A DNA stretch of 64,000 nucleotides from Chrysemys picta bellii (lineage: Eukaryota), in contig NC_088803.1 in the NCBI RefSeq assembly GCF_011386835.1, forward strand, positions 19,220,001-19,284,000. The letters are read 5' to 3'. Positions 56,824 to 64,000 of the stretch are shown piece by piece. The notes under the pieces were generated by a model. It was not told the origin of the DNA. It did not search any database and saw nothing but the letters and a program-made list of their open reading frames with translations. Positions within the stretch are counted from its first letter, which is position 1; each line of letters begins with the position of its first letter. A program made the translations under genes and the position numbers.

Positions 56824-59689
56824 GGATCATCTTGTCTGCCCTCGTCTACTGCACAGGCCGGAGAATCCAGCACAGAAGGGTGATGGCCTTTGGCTCACTG
56901 CCCCTGCAGGCTGAATTGCATCACAGTGGAGAATATGGCGGGAAGGCTCTCCGGCCTGCCCCCAGGGCCCTCAGCAGAACGGTCCCAAGCCAGCTCTGCC
57001 CAGTGATGGACTTCCTGTCTCTGCATGTTGGCCCCGGGGAGCCAAGCAATGAATCTGCAGGGTCCTCGCTTGCTGGCTCCCAGCACACTGAAGATAGATT
57101 CTCAGCTGGTGTAAACAAGTGTAGCTCCATTGCCTACGTTGCTTTACATCATCTGGGGATCTGGCCCCTTTGACTCCGAAGGAGCTACGGCTGATTGACA
57201 CCAGCTGGGGGTCTGGTCCATTGCCTTCAATAGAATGACACCAATTTACACGATTTGGAACTTTGGCCCTTTGTAGCTCTTCATTCTCTCTGTCATGCCT
57301 GCAACCAAAGTGAAAACATCATGCTGCAATGGAGCTGCAGCCAAAGGAGCCTTTGTGTTACTGTTGTCTCAGTCAGAAAAAAAAATTGCCGAGAACGAAA
57401 GGAAGAAAGATAGAAAAGTTGGGCTATTCATAGGTGCTGAAGCTCTTAGCGATGGTGAATTCCTCCCAAGTTCTGCCCCCAGTGGGAATGAATCGCTTTG
57501 TCGCCATTAGAAGTTACACTTGTAATTAATCCCACAGGACAAAGAGCTAGGAAAGAGCAGACGGGTTGGGAACTTTTGGCTCGTCTTTAGTTCAGTTTCA
57601 TAAGCAAAGAATATGGATTGGAACCTGTGTAACGGACAAGATCCCCAGCTGGTGTAAATCAATGTAGTTCCATAGATATCAGTGGGTCAGTTGAAGTCAA
57701 CAAAACTGTATCAATTTACACCAGTTCAGGACTTGGCCCTTAGTTTTCAGTCTTTGCCTCTGGGTATCTCTTGGTGACCAACTTCAAGCACCCAGGGCAG
57801 CTTGAGTGGTGGGTTCCTCTGGTGACTGCATCCCAAAAGCTGCTGATGCAATGCAGGAGAAAAACATCTCTGCCCCCCGAGGGATAACTGTGCGGCATTA
57901 ATGAAGGAACAGGCCATTCCAGACCAGCTGAGGTTCTGGTGAGTGGCTCTAACTATTGTAGGTCACAAATACATCTTTATTTCTGCAAACCCCTGGGACA
58001 CCCTTTGTGCCTCAGCCCTGCCTTATTTTTAGCCAAACTCCTTAGACGCCTTTGAAAATCCCCAGCCTTAGTGGCATATTGAATTTACAGAGCAGCAATG
58101 GACAAGTGTCTGTAATCGAGCTGCTTGAAATGTGTCATCTCCTAAATTTTCCCATTGAAAAATGTGGTTTCGTTGACATTTTCCAGGATAGTATGTCAAT
58201 TCTGGTTTTGTTTTTTTTAAATTCCTGTCAGGAGAATCTAAACAAAAATTAAAGTTTGACTTATCATTTCAAGGCAGAAATAGTCTTTCACCTTTGGTCG
58301 ACATTTTAAAATGGGTTTTGTTTGTTTCAAAATAGTATTTCCAAATGAAAAATTGCTTTTGTCATGTCAAGTTTTGACCAAGGGTGTAGACATTTTTCTG
58401 TTTGACATTTTCATATCCCATTTTTCTGAACTTTTCATTGCATCAACGTATTTGTTACTTTGACTTTTTGTCCTGATTCAGCATGAAAAGAAATGTTGAA
58501 CTATCAGAATTTCCCACAGATGGGAAATTCTATTTTCCAGCCAACGCTAAGTGCTAACATTCACGGGGGTAAAAGAAGAACATTTATTATTTCTGCGATC
58601 ATTTTTCTCTTCATTCTTCACTCATTTCAAACACTCTGGACTTGTTCCATTTTGACGGCTCCTGCTAACCACAGGGCAAATTCTACTTGGTGAAAAAACA
58701 TGTTTTGAACAAACATTTTGTAGCCCTAGAAACACCCAGCAGAGCTGAGACACTCGGGGATACGGATGGCTAGTAATTGTAATGATTGTAATGGGAAGCA
58801 GGTACACACATTTTTTACGGGGTTTTGCAAATCTTAACCGAAATGAGTTGATGGATGAAAGGAAAAAACAGCATTTTTTTGCTGTCCTGAAACAAACCAA
58901 CAAACCGGAGACTCTGGGACATCATAAGACAACAAACTGGGATGATAATGGGACATTGTATGAGAAACTGGGACTGTCCTGGTAAAATCAGGCCACGTTG
59001 TAACTTTAGGAGGGCTAAGGTTTCCCAGGCCACCTAGTGGATTTGAACACACAAGCCACTTTAAAATTCATGGGAGCTGTGGACTTAAAATTCTAGCAAG
59101 GGTGAAAGGCTCAGCCAAGGAGTCTAGCCCTGGTTGTGGGGCCGCAGGTGCAGCCCATAAAGCTCAGCGTCGCTCCTGAGTTGGTGTCTATATATAAGGG
59201 TCTTCCCAGGACTTTGGGCCTGAAGTTTCCAAAGCAGTTGCTAGTTTTGGGTGTCAAGCTTGAGGCAGCCTGGATCTGTTCAGGGATACGCCTTCAGCAA
59301 AACCTCTGAGATGCCCACAGGTAATCAGGGGAACCCTGAGTTCAGAGGCCAAACCCCCATCTGCCCCTGGGGACAGGGCTGGAGGTTGGGGAAGCCTGAT
59401 TTCCATGGCGAAGAGCTCTGGAGAAAACTCTTTTCCCTGTGTCATTTCCCAAGGTTTTTTTTGTTTTTCTGTAAGAGAGGAGGGGAGCTGAGCCCACATT
59501 GTGAAGTGCTAACAATGTCATGCTGGCCTCAAATTGGGTACTGAAAAATTGAGATACCTAAAATCTCGGGTTGCTTGTGAAAATGTTGGCCCTCATGCGA
59601 TGAGTCATGGATGTGTGCGATGAGCCTTGGACACAGAGACTATGAATGCTAGCGAGGTTTCTTGCAGGCCCACCACTTGACCATAGGAG

Positions 59690-59890
59690 CCATAGGGAAT
59701 GGGACATGGGGCCTTTCCCATTTAGGGGGGCCAGCTCTGATCTGGCCCCAGGGTCTTGGACTGGTTGGATCAGAGGGATGGAGAACAAGGCTAGGCAACT
59801 GTTCCCCTCTAGGGAGTGCTGTCTCTGATTTGGCCCCAATGTCTGGGTACTGACTGGCACAGGCGGGCAAGGAATAGAATCTGGAGTCTT
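59690..59890. repeat. GC-rich ~80-bp repeat family, diverged copies
   Basis: GGGAATGGGACATGGGGCCTTTCCC..TAGGGGGCCAGCTCTGATCTGGCCCCAGGG. Confidence 0.65.
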
Positions 59891-60284
59891 TCCCCTCAAG
59901 GGATGTTAGTCCAGTATCTTGTCTCTGACCTTGGCCCATGCCAGCTGGTTCAGAGAATGTGTGAGAAACCCAGCAGTTTTGGGATAAACTGCCCATCAGG
60001 AAAGTTTATTCCAGCCCCTCAACAGGTTTATGTCTTGAAGCCCAAGTATTTATATTTCTTCAGCTGACATAAATCTGCAAGCTTCACTGGTGTCAATGGT
60101 ATGTTGCTGATTTTCAGGGATTGAGGATCTGGTTCTGTATTTCCTTTGGTGTTTTAAGAGAACTACAATAAACTGTCAAAGTCTTTCCTGTCTTTAATTA
60201 TTTGCTGGCTCTGTAGAAATTAGTAAAATACTTGGAGACAATTTTGGTTCTCAGTAATCCCAGTGCAGACTTTGGGGTTAGCAA

Positions 60285-60870
60285 AGAGATGCTATAGAGT
60301 TACTCCATAGATATTATGAAATGATTGGAGTTATTCAATAGATGCTATTGAATTATTCAACAGATACTACAAAATTACTCCAGAGTTACTCAGTAGTACC
60401 ACAGAGCTATTCCATAGATACTAGACAATTACTTCACAGAAGACTGATAATACCAGCAATTAATGTTATTCTGTGGATAGTGAGGAGTTACTCAACAGAA
60501 ACAACAGATTTACTCAATCCATATTACAGAAGTTTGGCACTGTTGTTCCATAATACTACACAGAGCTACTTCTTACATACTAGAGAGTTGCTGCATAGCT
60601 TCCCACAGATAATGCACTGTTACTCAACAGGTACTGGAGAATTACTACAAAGTTACTCCACAGATGCTAAATATTTCTTCAATGGATCCTTCAGAATTAT
60701 TACAGAGCTACTCCAAAGTGCTATAGAGATGCTTCATATATACAAGAGAGTTACTCCATAGATTCCTTTGAGTTCATCCATACAACTACAGCATTGTTCC
60801 ATAGATACTAGAAAGTTATTCAACAGATACTATAGGTTTAATCAATAGGTACTGCAGAGTTATTCTGGAA
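60285..60870. repeat. Diverged 22-bp minisatellite
   Basis: Consensus close to GAGTTACTCCATAGATACTACA, repeated about 20-25 times. Confidence 0.85.
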
Positions 60871-60959
60871 TAACTGAGGCCAAAACTTGGCCTTACACAT
60901 TACAATTAAAACACAAATAAAGTACAAATACTCAAATTTCTTCACTTTGCAATAGTGCT

Positions 60960-61898
60960 TTAACTTTTCACCCGCCAGGATATGTACCTGTTGATTAACT
61001 TCCTCATGGAGCTTTTGATCTCCTTGTTCCTCAGGGTGTAGATCATGGGGTTGGTGAGGGGGAAGACCACAGTGTGGAACACAGCCACCACCTTCTTCAG
61101 GGGGGCGGCCCGGAAGGGCAGGGCATAGATGTAGATGGCCGGGCCGCACATCACGAAGACCACGATGATGTGTGATACACAGGTGGAGGCCACTTTGCTC
61201 TCCCACCTGGGGGAGTGAGTCCGCAGCCGGAGCAGCAGGGCAGCATAGGATATGATGAGGAGGATGAAGCACATCATGATGACCACACCATTGTTGAGGA
61301 ACATGATCATCTCCACCACGTAGGTGTCAGCGCAGGCCAGCTTCACCAGCTGATGGACGTCACAGAAGAAGTTGTCCAGGATGTTGGGGCCGCAGAAGGG
61401 CAGCTGGATGGACAGACCAAAGAGGATGATGCCATGAACGAAGCCCCCTGCCCACGCTGCCCCCACCACGGTGCAGCAGATCTCTCTGTTCATGAGTGTG
61501 GCGTAGCGCAGAGGTTTACAGATGCCCACGTAGCGGTCATAGGCCATGGCCATGAGCAGGAAGGCCTCGGCGCCCCCCAGGAAGTGGAGGAAGAAAAGCT
61601 GGGCCATGCAGCCCCCATAGGAGATGGTCTTGCAGAGGGAGAAGAAGTCGGCCAGCATCTTCGGAGGGGTGACGGAGCAGTAGCAGATGTCCAGGAAGGC
61701 CAGATTAGCCAGGAAAAAATACATGGGGGAGCTCAGGCAGGGGTCACTCTGGATGGTGAAGATAATGAGGAAATTCCCTGGGAGGATGATGATGTAGAAG
61801 AGCAGGAAGAAGAAAAAGAAGAGAAGCTGGACCTTCTGCATCTGGGATAGTCCCATCAGTATGAACTCTGTCGCCCCAGTGCAGTTCCCCTGCTCTAT
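60960..61898 (-). CDS. Olfactory receptor, family 4 (OR4N/OR4M-like); frame intact but initiator ATG missing, possible pseudogene
   Basis: IILPGNFLIIFTIQSDP, SPMYFFLANLAFLD, QLFFLHFLGG, MAYDRY, FFCDVHQLVKLACADT, PLTNPMIYTLRNKEIK. The listed ORF start at 61928 is GTG; the expected Met position (61898-61896) is ATA. Confidence 0.88.
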   Translation of the reverse strand: MEQGNCTGATEFILMGLSQMQKVQLLFFFFFLLFYIIILPGNFLIIFTIQSDPCLSSPMYFFLANLAFLDICYCSVTPPKMLADFFSLCKTISYGGCMAQLFFLHFLGGAEAFLLMAMAYDRYVGICKPLRYATLMNREICCTVVGAAWAGGFVHGIILFGLSIQLPFCGPNILDNFFCDVHQLVKLACADTYVVEMIMFLNNGVVIMMCFILLIISYAALLLRLRTHSPRWESKVASTCVSHIIVVFVMCGPAIYIYALPFRAAPLKKVVAVFHTVVFPLTNPMIYTLRNKEIKSSMRKLINRYISWRVKS

Positions 61899-62309
61899 CC
61901 CATCTATGTGGATCCCTGTCTTGCACACACATGGAGAATGAGAATGGATATGGTGACTCGATATTACAGCTGGTCAAAAAATGGAATTTTTTTTTTTATT
62001 AAAAACGTTCAAGATCATTTTTTTGTTTCCAAGGGCAGTAGAGAGAAAGAAGGCTCTGTAGAAATTAGTAAAATGCTTGGAGACAATTTCAATTCTTAGT
62101 TACACCAGTTCAGACTTTAGAGTTACCCACAGAGTTAGCAAACAGATGCTACAGAGTTACTCCATAGATATTATGAAATGGTTGGAATTATTCAATAGAT
62201 GCTATGGAATTGTTCAACAGATACAACAAATGGAAGAGAGTGGAAGTTGATAGTAATGAATATAATTCAGATATTAGGAATTGTAGAAAATCGATAAGGG
62301 AAGCCAAAG

Positions 62310-63250
62310 AACACAAGGAAACATAGATAATAGATCCTGTCAAACTAACTTAACATCTTGTTTGATGAAATTACAAGTTTGGTTGATAAATGTAATCATG
62401 TTGATGTAATACACTTAGACTTCTGTAAGGCGTTTGACTTGGTACTGCACGATATTCTGATTAAAAAACTAGAAAGAAATAAAATTAGCACAGCACATAT
62501 TAAATGGATTTAAAACTGGCTAACTGATAGATCTCAAATTGTAACTGTGAACAGGGAGACATCACTGAGCAGACTTGTTTGCACGAGGGGGTCCCACAGG
62601 GATTGCTTCTTGGCTTTGGTCTATTTAATAACCGGGAAGAAAACATAAAATCATCACTGATAAAGTTTGCAGATGTCACAAAAAACAGTAACGCTGAAAA
62701 TGATTTTGGGGGTCATGGTGGATAATGAGCTGAAAATGAGCTCCCAACACGGTGGCCCAATTGGGCTAATGTGATTCTGGGATGCATAAACAGGAATCTC
62801 AAGTAGGGGTAGAGAGGTTTTCACTGGTGTGACCGTTGCTGGAATCCTGTGTCCAGTTTTGTTGCCCACAGTTCAAGAAGGAGGTTGATAAATTGGAGAC
62901 GGGTCAGAGAAGAGCCACAAGAATGATTAAAGGGTTAGAAAACCCATCGTGGAGTGATAGACTCAAGGAGCTCGATCTATTTCGATTAACAAAGAGAAGG
63001 TTAAGGGGCGACTGGAGCACAGTCTATAGGTACCTACATGGGGAACAAATATTTGATCATAGGGTTTTCAATCTAGCGGAGAGAGGTGTGACACGATCCA
63101 ATGGCTGGAAGTGGAAGCTGGACAAAGGTGTAAAATTTGAAGGATGAGGGTAATTAACCATTGGAGCAGTTTACCAAGGGTCATTGTGCATTCTCCATCA
63201 CTGACAAGTTTTAAATCAAGACTGGGTGTTTTTTCTAACAGATCTATTCT
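62310..63250 (+). mobile_element. Degenerate CR1 RT and 3' fragment(s)
   Basis: Remnants equivalent to LDFCKAFD and KFAD; ORF 62836-63147 reads LESCVQFCCPQFKKEVDKLE...RLKELDLF. Confidence 0.88.
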
Positions 63251-63253
63251 AAA

Positions 63254-64000
63254 CAATGAGGAGTCCTTGTGGCACTTTAGAGACTAACAAATTTATTTGG
63301 GCATAAGCTTTCATGGGCTAGAACCCACTTCATCAGATGAATGGAGTGGAAAATACAGGAGCAGGTATAAATAGAGGAAAAGATGTGATTTGCCTTACCA
63401 AGTCTGAGGTCAGTCTAATGAGACAATTCAATTGACAGCAGGATACCAAAGGAGGAAAAATAACTTTTGAAGTGGTAATGAGAGTGGTCCATTTCAGACA
63501 GTTGACAAGAAGGTGTGAGTAACAGTAGGGGGAAATTAGTATTGGGGAAATTAGGTTTAGGTTTTGTAATGACCCAACCACTCCCAGTCTTTATTCAGGC
63601 CTAATCTGATGGTGTCCAGTTGGCAAATTAATTCCAGTTCTGCAGTTTCACGTTGGAGTCTGTTTTTGATTTTGTTGATGTTGAAGAATTGCCACTTTCA
63701 GATCTGCTACTGAGTGACCAGGGAGATTGAAGTGTTCTCCTACTGGTTTTTGAATGTTATGATTCCTGATGTAAGATTTGTGTCCATTTATTCTTTTGCA
63801 TAGAGACTGTCCGGTTTGGCCAATGTACATGGCAGAGGGGCATTGCTGGCACGTGATGCCATATATCACATTGGTAGATGTGCAGGTGAAAGAGCCCCTG
63901 ATGGTGTTGCTGATGTGGTTAGGTCCTATGATGGTGTCCCTTGAATAGATACGTGGACAGAGTTGGAATCGAGGTTTGTTGCAGGGTTTGGTTCCTGGGT
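63254..64000 (-). mobile_element. Penelope-like retroelement 3' part (GIY-YIG endonuclease plus terminal repeat), running off the window
   Basis: ORF 63648-63869 reads IYGITCQQCPSAMYIGQTGQSL..RINGH..PVGEHFNLPGHS, a GIY-YIG domain of the Penelope type; terminal repeat AAGCTTATGCCCAAATAAATTTGTTAGTCTCTAAAGTGCCACAAGGACTCC. Confidence 0.92.
63301..63340 (-). ncRNA. Minimal type I hammerhead ribozyme motif (Penelope-associated)
   Basis: Minus strand reads UCAU-CUGAUGA-A-GUGGG-UUCUAG-CCCAU-GAAAG-CUU-AUGC: intact core, stem II, palindromic stem III (AAGCUU) and a 3-bp stem I. Confidence 0.7.

Noticed and set aside
60342-60761. 139-aa ORF with repeating YS..T..LL pattern
   Set aside because: Translation of the 22-bp minisatellite.

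Overview
Vertebrate genomic DNA, most likely turtle. This is inferred from a tRNA-derived SINE with a CR1-type tail, CR1 LINEs ending in (ATTCTATG)n, and Penelope-like elements. The GC-rich left half (1 to ~30 kb) holds two tandem RNase A-superfamily genes, a complete 14-exon METTL17 and a 4-exon SLC39A2 (ZIP2), the RNASE-METTL17-SLC39A2 order known from human 14q11.2. The AT-richer, repeat-dense right half holds three olfactory receptor genes (OR5-, OR6- and OR4-like), CR1 copies including a near-intact ORF2, solo LTRs, hAT MITEs and Penelope pieces. Most notable observations: (1) both secreted, cationic RNases keep His12 and Lys41 but have Gln at catalytic His119, and share a gene-conversion-like tract; (2) two Penelope-type minimal hammerhead ribozyme motifs, one in a 98-bp insertion with an 11-bp TSD; (3) a duplicated His motif in the ZIP2 loop; (4) inverted intronic repeats around METTL17 exons 3-4; (5) an OR4-like gene with no usable start codon, flanked by direct repeats; (6) a decayed, possibly non-gamma-type env remnant next to a Trp-primed LTR. 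All comparisons with known genes are from recall; no database search was run.
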